Shown here: piece after piece, positions 38,280-51,666 of the stretch
Layout of the letters: every line of letters begins with the position of its first letter
Position numbering within the stretch: position 1 is the stretch's first letter
Assembly: GCA_043228905.1 (NCBI GenBank)
Contig: JBHGNT010000128.1
Span: forward strand, 7,829 to 71,828
DNA: 64,000 nt
Source of the DNA: Azolla caroliniana
Taxonomy: Eukaryota > Plantae > Polypodiophyta
Reading direction: 5' to 3'
Position numbers and translations under genes: made by a program
Notes under the pieces: generated by a model
What the model saw: the letters and a program-made list of their open reading frames with translations, nothing else
What the model was told of the DNA's origin: nothing
The model's database searches: none

Positions 38280-39630
38280 TACAATGTTTGGAGACCAAGG
38301 TTGTGACGTACAAACCAAGCACTAATGGAAGGGGTTACAAAAGTTGTTGAGTATCGTGGGAAGGAAACACCAATATATTATGCACATACAACCAAACACC
38401 CTTGCACTCCATGACCACCATTTGCGAGATGTGATCCCCCCATCGACTTATAAACGAACACGGTTGAGAAGGCATTTGTGTTGCAACAGTTGCCAACAAG
38501 TTGCGAGCTTTGGAGGAAAGGGAAGAGGAAGTGCAACGGATGAGCATGCCAAAATGAAAAACTCTAGGTTCATAAAACCGCTTGAAATGTAGTGATGTGG
38601 TGGATCTCGACCAAATGTCTCCTTTGTCAAATCTTCAATCAATAAATACGGTATTGAAACACATCTATGTAAGGTTAAGGCTATTCTTGAAGCCCAAGGC
38701 CAAGAAATGTTGAGTAGGCTTGCAAGGCAAATCCTGCCACTCTATTGAAGACTTCAATGACATGGACATTGGTTGGGTAAAAACCATATCCAAGACTAAT
38801 GCGCGTGTTCTTGAAAGCATTAAAGGATCAACCACTATACTAGAATAAAGGGTTCCATGTTTTTGCAAGACGCATCCAATATGGTAGTGAAAATCATACT
38901 TGTTTAGCCATATGATCTGATGTGGTATTGGCCAACGTACTACCGAAAAATGTTGTCGTAATTACTAGTCAATAACAGTTTAGTTTGTGAACCAAACCAA
39001 ACCACGAAACCAGGGCTTAACAGTTAAAACGATTTGGTTCCAGTTCAAGTTTTTGTAATCGGTTCGGATTGGGGGGTCAACACTTCAGTTTGAGCCGTTT
39101 TCAACTTAATGGTTTCTAGTATAAACGGTTTGACAATTTAGGGTCGATACTTGATTATTTTCTTGAATATTGCTTTCACCAACCTTTTCATTTTTAGGCC
39201 TAATTTTCGCATTTTAGGAAAAATATTTAAAATTTTGAAATGTTGAAAGTTTTGAATTTAAACCGAACTTGAAGACCGAAACCAAACCGTGAAAATGTGG
39301 TTTGAAAATCTCTAAAACCATTTGGTTTGAGTTTGGATTTTTTGTAACAATTCAGTTTGAACTATTTGGGTTTAAACGTTTGTTAGGTGAAAGCAAGTAG
39401 GCAATGTTGCCTCAATGTTACTTGAATGTATGTTGGCTCTAACAATATTCTTTTTAGCTTCCTTACCAAAAAGTTGTCCTATCAAGAAGATCATATTAGA
39501 GCCAATATAGACAATTGGAACGGTTTTATTTTGAGCTTCCTATGAGGTAGCTAGACAACCCACCGTTTTTAGTGTACGAGCAACAAACAATTGTGCCAAT
39601 GCAATTTTTAGTACCTAGACTACATATCGA
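38280..39630 (+). pseudogene. Decayed Gypsy pol remnant, inverted homolog of 3690-4560
   Basis: PPFLVYEQQTIVPMQFLVPRL near 39560-39625; DNA similarity to the U1 upstream flank. Confidence 0.55.
38975..39380. mobile_element. AAACC/GGTTT-rich non-autonomous element (MITE-like)
   Basis: Two clusters of aaccaaacc / tttggtt motifs around an AT-rich core, interrupting the Gypsy remnant. Confidence 0.45.
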
Positions 39631-41539
39631 TGAAGGGGCTTAAAAAATGAAGGGCCTAAACCCTAAAGCTTGTGCATTCCCATCTCTGACCATTCTTTCG
39701 CATAATCCATGAGCATGGCTAACCAACCTAACCTAACCTAAACCGAAGTAGACAATGGAAAATATAAAAAATTGTGGCATTATTACACACATACCAAAAT
39801 TTGATTGTAAAAAATGAGTGCATGTCCCCTAGGACCCATGGTAGCATATATTTGGAAGATATAGGAGCCAGCTATACATTAGGGTTTGGAAGACATGTCC
39901 TAATGTATCCAAACCACTTCCTGAAATTCAACTTGATGAGTAGAATTGCCCTTCACACATGTCAAGCCATGACCCACAAAATAACCTGTATTAATAAGCC
40001 AGATTATGAACATTCCAAATTTTATAAGAGAATGTCATGATTAGACATAACAAACCCTAAAGGAATTCTCAGAGTAAAAACCTAAACAAACGAGATTGGA
40101 TTCGATTTACATAAGAATTTGGATTTGGGAGCAAGGAGCAGGAAAGAGATAGAAGATGCTAAGGATCTGTATAGGTAACAAGTTAATACGACCTGCAACA
40201 TTGGGTTAATTAAAGGGCCAGTTCATAGATCAGCAGTCATTAATACGCTTGGAAAGAATTAAACACAGAGAATCTGGATTAAAGCCTTGTTTAGGACATT
40301 TACCTGATGTACTTACTATTGGCAGGGGCGCTATGCTGCTGATAAAGAACACAGAAAGCAGTGACTTTCTAACTGGGAGTATGTAACACAGCTTTATTCG
40401 TCCTTGAGAGCTTTTTTCTTTGTTCTGTTTCTCTTCTTGGTAGTAAGTAATCAATGGAGTCTACTCGAGGTCCAGACAGACCTAATCTTCTTCTCTTTCT
40501 CCTTATAGATTGCCTATGCATCATCAAATTCCTTCCCAAATCCCTTCATCTCTTCGCAGAGCTTCAAAGGTCTGAGATAGTGCAGAAAGCATGAGAAGCT
40601 TCTGAAGGAACATTGAAAGATTCTAGCTTTTTACTGACAGGGTACTAATTCATAGTTGATGGTTTGTTAGGAAAAATGCAGGATTTCTTAGTGTTTCCCG
40701 TATACAAAACCCAGTTACACTTACTGACAATCTGGTATAATTCAAAATCACCAGTTTCATTCCATCAATTCTCTCATTTCTTTCCTTTCCTTTCCATTCC
40801 ATTCTTCTTATATATCTCATTTCTTTCCTTTTACTTTCCTTTCATTCTTTTGATAGCTGATCCAGATTGAAGGTCTTTGCATACATGTTTACCTACACAT
40901 TCCCCATTGCTACCTTGTGGAAATTAGCATTCTTCTCACTCAAATTCATTCTATTAATCCATCTCGTTCCGTTCCATTCCATTTTTAGAGTAATACATAC
41001 ATTACTTTAGTGACCCTCATTTTTCACCATACATTACTTCTTGTTTGGTGCTCTACATGTGAACATACATGTATCAAGGGAATGTATGTGTCGAATAGAA
41101 ATGCAGAAACATTCTACTAAATCTTTACTAATTTCCTACTTCATCTCATGACTTTCTTGCATTCTCTCACAATCTCCAAATGGTGAATAAGAGACTCATC
41201 TGATTAGTTTGCATATGGTATGCGTTGTCAAACAAGAACAAAGAAAGCACAATATGAGAAGAATGTAATTAGAATGATCCCCTCTTTCAATTATACACCA
41301 TTTTGAATCCTATAGAGAAGATACATTAGACAATGTATACTACCATGCAAGCAATGACCATGCATATAGTTGATTTGGCCAACAATTTATCAATGTTGAG
41401 CCCATTAAGTCATCGTTATTTGGTTTGTAAATATTTGCCAATTCATACACTAAATCTGTAAGCGTAATCAAGTAGATGGATGCAATCACACAAATATAAA
41501 CCCCCAACCTTATATGAGGCTCAAAATTATGAGATTTGG

Positions 41540-41900
41540 AATACCGTTAGAGGAAATTAAAAATGACAGATTGACCCAGAGCACGTTCTGGCAAACACTA
41601 GAAATGGAGGCCTCGAGAACAAGAACTGACCACTTCTCTACATATGGGCTAAGGATGTGTTGTAAGGGGATGAGTATGTTGCTTGGGCTATTTTCGTTAG
41701 TAATGTGTGTGAAGTACCAAGATGTTATGGAAGGCATCAAGGTTTGTGATGAATCAAATGATACACTTACATTCTGTTTTGACAAAAATATGCAACAATT
41801 TGCCCAATGTGTGGACAAATTATTCAGATTTAATGCAAATTCAATCCTTTTTTATCAAACGCAATTATGGTTCCAAAAAGAGTTATTGGTGGGTTGTTTC
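41540..41900 (+). pseudogene. Possible decayed LINE ORF2 C-terminal zinc-finger (zf-RVT) remnant
   Basis: Across frames, ...KVCDESNDTL...ILF..KYA...W resembles C-x2-C...E-T..H-L-F..C; heavily degenerate. Confidence 0.3.
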
Positions 41901-43109
41901 GTTGACATTGTTGTGTTTTTTATCATATCGGGCACGCTCATAATGACATTTTTTGGGTATACATAACATGAAACAATCTCTCTGAAACTGGGAACTGCGC
42001 TTCGATTTTGAAAGACTGAATAGGCTTGAGATTATTAGTTTGGAAGCTTCAAGTTAGAGTAGATATGGCAAAAATCTACACCAGAATAAGAAGAAGAGTT
42101 AAGTATGATGAATCTATGAGAGAGAGAGAGATGGTTAGATCTTCCAGGATTTGATAGGAAAAAGGTGCAACGAATTTTTGAGCTAAACTTCTTTTTACCC
42201 CTTTTCATTGGGTATCTGTTATATATCCTTTGATTTAAGACATCAGGCTAAGGACACAAACAGTGTCATTAGATTTTACTGGAAACTGATGCGGGACACC
42301 AGATCCTCTTATGCAATAAAGATATGGATACCAGAAACCCTAGCAAACAACCAAGATGTTATGTGCAAAGCACAATATGATTCTGTTAGACAATGTAAAT
42401 GCACATGACAGTCATTCTCTTTGCTGGAAAATGCAGTGATGAATTAGCCATCATAGATCACTTCTGTAATTAAGCAAAAGCTATAAGCTATGGCCCCTTA
42501 ACTAAAAGAGATTTGGTACCTATAATAAGGCCCTCTTTAGTTGGATAAGAATCATTGCAACATCGAGAGATGAATTGAAGAAGAAACAGGCAACAAGGGA
42601 ATGGTTTAATGGAAAGAAATAAGGAGAGTCATCATAATAATAGTGGCAACAGTAATGGCAAGTACACGAACTTGGTTACCTCAACATCTAAATCAAAAAA
42701 TGTACATTTTTCCATGACAAAATTACATTGAACCAAATTGAAATTATGTTCCAAATATTCAGAAACAACAATATTCATCAAGAAAAATCAGATTTCTAAG
42801 TCTTTCTTTATTTCATACAAAAGTTATGTAAACGCATTTCCCAGCTGTTTGATAAGAAACGCAAGTTTGTTCAATTTACAATGTTGGGACACAACAATGG
42901 AAACGAGATGATATGCCGCAATAACTCAGACACTTGTACACACCAGGGACATACAGATAAAATCAGCTAGAATATAACAGAAATCAGTATCCAAATCATT
43001 TACTTCGCCAGTACAGCAACAGGAATCGATTCTCTAGCATCACCAGGAAAGAATCATTGTAGCCACTCAAATCGTTCCGTTCATCTATCATTTTCATAAG
43101 GATTTTTCA

Positions 43110-43268
43110 GAGGCCCACTCCTCCGGAGAGGAGCAAGGGCCTTTGCAAAAATTCTCCGAGGCTCCTTTAGCAGGAGCCGGGGAGGGGGGTTGGAAATAGT
43201 TTTCAACCAGCAATTGACGCGTCTCGGGAAGCCCTCACTAACTGCGTCATTGCCCCAAGCGCAAAGAT
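43110..43268 (-). ncRNA. U4: U4 snRNA
   Basis: Reverse complement ATCTTTGCGCTTGGGGCAATGACGCAG...TGAG...CCGAGACGCGTCAATTGCTGGTTGAAAACTATTTCCAA, Sm site AATTTTTG, terminal stem AGGCCC...GGGCCT. Confidence 0.95.
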
Positions 43269-43293
43269 GAAGATAACCATAGTAGCCCCTCGC

Positions 43294-43334
43294 TATTTAT
43301 AGCCATAGCCTTCTCCTGCCCTTCTATGTGGGAC
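43294..43334 (-). promoter_or_regulatory. snRNA promoter of U4
   Basis: GTCCCACATAG at 43334-43324, TATAAATA starting 43301, 22-bp gap. Confidence 0.9.
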
Positions 43335-46300
43335 GCCCAAATATTGCCTGCTCCACTAAATCAGGCACAGACCTAACCATTCCATATTCCATACTCATAT
43401 GTCCCATGGCACATAGATAAAGAGAAAGAAAGAAAGATACATTAACGTCTTTTCTAACACCAAATTATGGCCCTAGAGAGAATCCTCAACGTGAATTGGG
43501 CTATTTTGCCTCACCAAAATAAAACCCAAATGACCCACCCATATATGCCCATATGATGCCGTCCATATGCATGTCCATTTACATCTGAACATGCAAAAGA
43601 TATAAATACGTGTCGAAAGCACTCAGGCATAGAAGAATTGAGATCCTTCAGAAAGGAATAATTCCCTCTATTGTGGAGAGCATCAAGATTAGCATTAGAC
43701 AAGAATGCAAGTCAAAGAAAACAATATTGAGGTAAGAACGCTTGGAGCATTTGTATTGTCTGGCTAGTATAACTTGAAAAATCGTCGATGATTATTGCTT
43801 ACCAATTAATAGTGAATTAACACAAGAGCATTTGGCAAGTATGGGGAAAAAACTTGGCTAATTAAAGACTAAAGATGAGTATATAATAATAATCTTGGAA
43901 GAATTAAGCATGGAGAATGAGTTAATAAGAGGATATGTTATAAAAGTATGGTGTTTTCATTCAAAATAAAAGGCTAGTTCATATAAGAATATTCATTAAC
44001 AAGAAAGATTAATTAAACACAAATAATGAATTAATTATTGACTAAGATGTTTACTTGAAATGCACAATTGAGAGTAACTACTTTCAAGCATGACATTCGA
44101 CACATGATAATATTTGTTTTTCCTTCAGAGCTTCTTATGTCTTCACGTATTTTTTCTTTGTTGTAATAAAAAAAGCCTACTTGAGATCCATAAAGAGCAA
44201 CATGTAATAGGAAGTAGAACCATCACAAACAAATACAATTACACCCGAAATCAAACAAAAGAAATGAAAGTAAACCCTAAATGAAACAGAATTGAGCTTG
44301 TGGCCATGTTTGAAATGTCAAAAGCAATCTACTACTTGATTAGGAGGCAAAGGTGATTTCATGCAAGTTATTTTAGATACAAGCCAAGACTACAACATAA
44401 GGATTGCACAATACACCAAAAAATTTATGTGAAAAATCTTTTAAGGGGGATAGAAAACCACGAAACAAAATTCTAGAAACGAATTACAATCAGTAAATAA
44501 AATGGAGTGCATCAATGTCCTTGTCTATATAAAACTCAAATGTTATATAAAATGAATAAATTTTCCTCTAATTCTTAAAGCCAACAAAGTAAAAGGTACC
44601 ACAAAAAACTCATTCCATGCAACTCCTAGTAATGGTGTATCGTGACCAGGAAAGATACGAGACATGAGAACGTAATAGTTTGTGTTGAGTACATTGTGTG
44701 ATTGATTTAATAATAAAACAATGTGGCTTTTATGAATAGACTTGTAGGCATCATGATATGCATAAAGAGGTGCAAAGTGTCATTCAATCATCTATTAGTG
44801 TGTTACGTTGATTACATGCCTGTATATCAGCGGATTTTGCCTCCACTTAGATATTGTTGGCCAAGGGGTTCTATTCGTCGTATACCCTAATAGTAGTGAA
44901 TCGTGCAAGAGTTGTTGCCAATCATGCTCGAGTTGTTAGCCATGCAAACCCTAGCCTCATGAACCCTCACTCTCACCTAACTACGACAAACCTAATTAAG
45001 AAGTTAACCTAAACCTTAACCAAGCTTAAATATTAAGTACACACACATCTGAAGTCACAAAATGACACAATAGTACTCAACCTAACTTGATTAAGAAGGG
45101 AAGTCACACGCCAAAAACAAAAGAGGCGTGATTAACATTCAACTAATTAGCACTTAATGTTAATCAGACAATTCACAAAGCGAAGGTTGTCAAGGTTGGA
45201 GAAGAGGGGGCAATTGTTGAAGAGGGTGTTAGAAGATGGGGAGTGGTGCATTGAAGGTAGTCATGGGTTAATTGTTGTGGGGGGAAGGGGATGGATGGAT
45301 GGAGTGAGGAGGTTGGTGTTTGTGATCGAGCAACTGTGAGCACTAGAGGTGTTGTATGTTGAGGTAGGGGAGAATAGTGAGAGTTCGGTTAAATGTGTGT
45401 TGATCGTGGAGGATTTCATCACCTCAAAGTCTTGTTTGAAGGATGAGGAAAGATTGAGCATGTGGTGCTTAATACAATGTTTATTAAGGTTGAAAGTGAG
45501 GCTCCAACTAGGTTAGTCATAAGTGCGGAGGTGTTGAGGGTCAAATGGAGAGGCAAAGTGAAGGCAACACCAAGAACTGAGAGGTTGTATGGGTTTCTAG
45601 GTCGAGGATCCCAATGAGAATGTTGATGAGCTCCATCTTGACTCAAATTATCCGAAATGATTTGTTGATGGTAGCACAAGTGTGATGAAAGTGGATGGAG
45701 TGCAACATTATTGAGTGAAGGTGAATGGGCAACCAACACTCACTTAGGGGGTGAATATAGTGAACAAGGATCTTACATTTATGTGATTTGGTATTTGCAA
45801 ACCATAGTTGGTTAGGTGGGGGTTAAACATATTGTTCAAATAGTGTAGTCATCTAGGGCGTCACTCACTTCCCATCTCTCCCATTTCCAATGAACCCTGA
45901 TCTCACGTTGTGCATTAGTTCTTTTAGAGTCTCACATGGAACTTTGCCCGATTTTGTAGTGGTACTCATTGCATATTTAGCCATACAACTCCATTTTGGT
46001 CCTTTCCCATCTTCTCTCCTCATATTTGAATCTCTCCCTCCACTTTTGTTCTTACTCATCATCCTACTTGGAAAAAAATGAAGGCTTGGATATTTAATTA
46101 TTGTGGCACATAATGAGGTGCCAACTTGTAACTTGTATGTCCTTGACAATTTGCCACTTGAGAGCCTTTTTTGAGGAACCATTGCACCTTTGACATTCTG
46201 GCAAAACCAGAATGTTTTTATATGTTTTGTAGGTTAGAGGTTGCCAGTTTAGCTCATTGTAATTTTTTATAAATTATAGTTGGTGTTATAGATTGTGCGA

Positions 46301-46789
46301 GTTGAAGGTCAGATCTTAGGACCGAGGGTAACTAGTTTGTTTGATATGGTCGTCTGAAGTCTCAACCAAGCTTTCCATTCAAGATCATTGATGGTCGAAA
46401 TTGCATGGCCCCTTGACGCAATCATGCACCTACTCTTATGACAACAAATTTGTCCCAAAAGACATTATTGCTTTGAGACTTCCGCAAGCAATAACTATAG
46501 ATGAACAATGGTTTGTCTTGTGGCCATTTTTACTAGGCAGAAGAAAAACATGAGGCAATATGTTGGCTTCCACAAGTAGGCATTGTACATGAATAACGGT
46601 TTGTCCTATGGCCATTTTTACTAGGAGGGAGAAGAAAAACATGAGGCAATATGTCTAATGTCAAAGGGAAAGTAAGGTTTCTAATATTAGCTAGTTGCGG
46701 TATATTTTTAACAAACTTTTGTTGGTAAAGTTGGGGAGGTCTTGTTTGTCAAAGTTTTTAAGTTTACATGCACTTGCTTTTGTGACCTA

Positions 46790-48840
46790 TGCTATTATAT
46801 AGGGACCCTCTCCCACAAGTTTGAGTTTCTCCTTATGACACTTTGAGGAGACCACAAGGGTTATGTACCTTTCCTCTAGGTCTTTGTCCTTGATCTTGTT
46901 ATTGAACTAGACTTTACTTCTTGGATGACTATCTGTAGATTAGATATGATGAACTCCATTGGCACAATGGTGTCTTGCTCGTAGACTAGCCAAAATGGTG
47001 TGTCATGTGCCTACTTGATAGGAAGTTCAAAAACAAAATAGTGCCACACGTATCTATTGGCTATAATATGATCTTGATAATGATGACTATTTTTATAAGG
47101 ACACTAAAAAATATCTTCTCAGAGCTATCTCTCCACTTGGCCAGGACATCTATGGTGGTACGGGGAGCTCGTTCGATGCTTGCCTAAAAGGCGAACCATG
47201 ACATCATTAAGGTGATGAGAACATCAATTGCTTCCAAACCTCTAGTTCACATTCACATTCTCATATAGGAATTTGGTTCGACAATATTACAAGCATAATA
47301 TGTTAGTCGATAAACACATCATATGTCTCAGTCAAAAACATGGAGCTCTTTTTTGTCGCATGATAGTTAATCCCATAGTACGTAAAATTCGTGTTCGTCT
47401 GCCATATCATTCGTTTTCATACGTTGGAAAACGAACACGAATGATATTCAAATATTCGTGTCTTTTTTTTTTTCATTTTTTTCATTTTTTTTCATTTTTT
47501 TTTCATTTTTTTTCAAATTTTCCCTCTTTTCTCCCTTTTCCTCTGCACTAACGTTACGCTCTTTTCTCCTCTACAACCTAGCCTCAAACGATTTGCGATT
47601 CTGCAGAGTGCATTCAACCTTCAGGTATATTTAGTGTAGAAATATGGTTTTAATTTCAGTGATGAAATTTCTGTGCTGAAAAATCAGAAATTTCTGTGCT
47701 AAAAAATAAGAAATTTCTGTGCTAAAAAATCAGAAATTTCATCACGAAATTTCAGAAATTTCATCACTGATGCATACTTCATTGTTGCACCACATTGTTG
47801 CATACTTCATTAATATGGACAATTATTGGATTAAAAAGCATAGACAAAACTAATGCTCATATTGTCGTAAGCATTGAAGGATTAACCATAGTATGAACCA
47901 TGCGTACCATTCGTGCATTCGTGTTCGAGAATGATTCAAACATTCGAGAATGATAAACACTCTCGAAGAATGATAAATACCATACTTTTGGATAAATGGT
48001 TTACTATAAGGTAAACATTTTTTCATCACAAAAATTTCAGAAATTTCAGAAATTTCAATCAAAATTTCTGAAATTTCAGTGATGAAATTTCATCTTTCAG
48101 AAATTTCGTGATGAAATTTCATCACAGAAATTTCGTGATGAAAAAATGTTTACCTTATAGTAAACCATTTATCCAAAAGTATGGTATTTATCATTCTTCG
48201 AGAGTGTTTATCATTCTCGAATGATTGAATCATTCTCGAGCACGAATGCACGAATGGTACGCATGGTTCATACTATGGTTAATCCTTCAATGCTTACGAC
48301 AATATGAGCATTAGTTTTGTCTATGCTTTTTAATCCAATAATTGTCCATATTAATGAAGTATGCAACAATGTGGTGGGATCTACCCTTCAATCTTGTTAA
48401 GTGCACAAATTTGTTCAAGGAATCAATTCCACACTTACAACATTTGCTGGTACTAGGGTGTTGAGGATAACCTTAACCTTGTATGGTTGCGTTTCGTGAA
48501 GTTTTGGCAAAGGAGCCATCTAGTTCAAATAGTTAAAGTACGTTCAAGTGAGTTGTGCTTCTATATATTTTTCTTGATATAATACCATTAGGTTCAAATA
48601 TTCATCAATTGCATTGAACACCATTAAATTGCCAAGAAATGTTGCAAAATTTTTAGAAACCAGTCCAAGTCATTGTCCTACTATTGGCAATTCTTTGCGG
48701 GACAAACAAATCCCATTCCTTAATCATGTATGGGAATCACATGAGTGGCACATCTGGTTGCTGTCTAGGAAGTGCAAAGGTATCTGGTTGTACGCGCATA
48801 ATGCATCGGTGTTCCCTTCTCATGCTATTGTACAACTCTT
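46790..48840 (-). pseudogene. Decayed Gypsy pol remnant (paralog of 3517-4500), interrupted
   Basis: Same degenerate integrase motifs as in copy 1. Confidence 0.6.
47788..48376. repeat. Long inverted repeat: 242-bp arms, about 105-bp GAAATTTC-rich spacer
   Basis: 47788-48029 is the reverse complement of 48135-48376, with about 2 mismatches. Confidence 0.93.
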
Positions 48841-49207
48841 GTAACCATCACCATCAATGCCTAGTTGATACGTTACAACCTTGGTCTCCAATAACTGTAT
48901 TTAGCATACATATGTATAAAAAGGAAAATCGAGGTGAGCTGGGTGTGTATGAGGTGTGATATTTCTATATACATATAGATAGGAACCAAGATCCAAGAAG
49001 TGAAGTGGCTAAGTACCGAGCGAGGTTGATAGATTGTACACGCACGCACTCACCCACCCACAAATAATAATGGGGTATTATAGATTGATTGCGTACAAGA
49101 GGAGGGAATGGGATGGTTGGTTAGTAGGAAGGAGTGTGCGTGTCGTCATAGTGAGAAATTAGAATAAATACAAGAAACACAGCATTGTGAAAGATTAGAT
49201 TCGAATT

Positions 49208-49247
49208 ATCCCACATAGAGAGGCGACATAGAGAGTTGTGTATAAAA
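49208..49247 (+). promoter_or_regulatory. snRNA promoter of solo U1, copy 2
   Basis: ATCCCACATAG at 49208-49218, TATAAAA at 49241, 22-bp gap. Confidence 0.9.
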
Positions 49248-49272
49248 TGAAAGCGCTTAGGAAAGGTAGAAC

Positions 49273-49436
49273 ATACTTACCTGGGCGGGGTCGATCGGTG
49301 ATCATGAAGGCCGATGGCTTAGGGCCGGCGCCTCCATTGCACTATCGGAGGGGCTGTTCGCCCTAGCATCTCCCCAAGCGGGAGAGTGCACGTCATAATT
49401 TGTGGCAGCGGGGGCTCGCGTTCGCGCGGCCCCCTT
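49273..49436 (+). ncRNA. U1: U1 snRNA (solo type)
   Basis: ATACTTACCTGG, GATCATGAAG, ATTGCACTAT, AATTTGTG. Confidence 0.97.
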
Positions 49437-50482
49437 CTCAATTCAAATTAATGTAACACAGCAATACTAGACACACTCTATCATAAGAATAGTTGGTTGA
49501 TCAAACCATCTCTACTATATTTCTAAAAAGCAAACCTGTTTTTATGGTGCATGATTTCATTATAATCCGCCTCCTATCCTATCGTGCTCATTGAATCTCT
49601 GCAAAAGCATTTACAGTATGTGGTCAATTAGCCATATAGAAATATTTTTATTAAAACCTGTAAGCCATGATTTCACTAAATCACTGTTCTCAATGCGGAA
49701 TGCTATATAACAAGTGTGGGATTTCAAGTCTAGTTCTCACTTTTGCCGTGTGAGCCACGAGCAGGAAATGGTATGAAATAGTAGAGGCATGAGCCAAGGT
49801 TGTCAGATCTAATATATATGAGTCACTAGTCTACTTTCCTCTGATGTATGGCTGGCGTCTTCTCCTTAACTCCGAACGTGGTTCAAATCTGTCTTAAAGC
49901 GTCCAATAATGTCCAAGAAAAACGGATCCTCTACGGTATGTAATAAGAACTATCAATAATAGAAAAAATTGCGTTTTGTTACCTCTTGTGAGGCAGGAAT
50001 GGAATGAAGTCGAAGAGGTATGTGCCAATTCGGTCAGATGCATAAATCTGTTGGCCCAAGCGTATATCCTGGTTCCATGTGCACATCTATTGAAAGGTTT
50101 GTTGTTTGTATGCCATAAACTATTAGTCGCATTTTCGATTTAAATTGAAGAGTGCGCATTATACGGTTCTACGTCACGACGCGCATGGTTTCTCTCTAGC
50201 CGTTGTACTTAAATTAATTACGAGAAGGAGAAGGTAGGCGAGGTTGGAGCGTGTGATGTGTGATCTATAGATATGAACGGAAACGTGAAGGGGCTAAACA
50301 TGGACGAGGTTAAAGTGAACCACCAATAGTGAGTGGGTAGATTGACGTGAGAGGATGGTGGCGCGATGACGGTTGTGCGTGCGTGCCATGGTGAATACAC
50401 AGACGCAAGATAAGAACGTCCCACATAGAGAGGATGCAGAGCAAGGGGGCTATAAAACGAGAGCGTTGCGCTAAGCCAAAAC

Positions 50483-50646
50483 ATACTTACCTGGGCGGGG
50501 TCAATCGGTGATCAAGAAGGCCGATGGCTTAGGGCCGGTGCCTCCATTGCACCACCGGAGGGACTGCTTGCCCTAGCATCTCCCCAAGCGGGAGAGTGCA
50601 CGTCATAATTTGTGACAGCAGGGGCTCGCGTTCGCGCGGCCCCCAT
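50483..50646 (+). ncRNA. U1: U1 snRNA (array type)
   Basis: Same sequence as array 1 U1. Confidence 0.97.
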
Positions 50647-51462
50647 CTCAATCCAGTGATATCAAGTCGTCCACGTTTGGCGGAAGCATTGGTCGCTCAT
50701 GGCGGATTCGTCTCAAATGATGCGCTTATGCTTGATCGTCAAGTTGGCCATGTTTGGCGGAAGCGTCGGTTGCGCTAAGGGTCCCTCGGCATTTTGCTTG
50801 GCGGAAGCATCTTATTTTTTGGTGGCTTCCCTCGGCCATGCATATTATGCAAAATGATTTGGCGGAAGCACAATATGGTTTCGGACACCAACACAACACC
50901 GATTTCCACTACCCTGAGAAACGAGAGGAGTATAAAGAACCATCGAGCGGGGATATACACGTATAGGATATACACGTGTCATAGGCCGGAGGTGGCACAT
51001 GGCGTACCCATGGTAAGAGTGAAGAGAATTCTGAGTGGATACACGCGACGAGCTGCACATGCGTCGATGTAAAATCTAGTTCACTTCTCTGCCTTGGACC
51101 ATGAGAGACCACATACGTACGCCTAACGACCATAGGCGGACTCCCGCCGCATCCTCCATTTATCTTCTCTCCCATTCCAATAGTTCTTCTTTAAAGCCCG
51201 GGCATCGGTTTGGCTCGTCTCTCTGCTCGATTCATGGACGTTCACCACGCGTTGAAAGCCTTCCGTTCTAGTACCTAAAGAAATGTGGGAAAAGATAGAT
51301 GCATTTATCTAGAACGTTCATCCGCGTGACATCGTCCTTTAGATTATATCATTAGAAGCGGGACGCGCCTATGGAACATCTTCCTTCATTTTTATTATCA
51401 TTGTAGAATGAGGGCGCGCCTATGTAACATCTTCCTTCATTTTTATTATCATTGTAGAATGA

Positions 51463-51666
51463 GGGCGCGCCTATGTGACCTCAACATCAGTGCAAGGCTG
51501 AGGCGACGCACGCAACTCCCAAATGCAGCAAGCTGCCTTGAGCGAGAGCTGCCCCCATGAAAGAAATTAGGTTAATATCGTGCGGCCTGATAGGCCGCGT
51601 ATCAGATATTAAACTGATAAGAACAGATACTACACTTGATCTTAGCCAAAAGGCCGAGAAAGGTAT
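51463..51666 (-). ncRNA. U2: U2 snRNA
   Basis: Same sequence as array 1 U2. Confidence 0.97.

Larger units (their letters stand above)
43565..50190. repeat. Segmental duplication, copy 2 (paralog of 1-5854)
   Basis: Collinear with the window start; carries an extra segment of about 1.07 kb at 47297-48369. Confidence 0.95.

Noticed and set aside
41514-41966. 150-aa ORF as a host gene
   Set aside because: No recognisable family; better explained as a decayed LINE fragment or a chance ORF.
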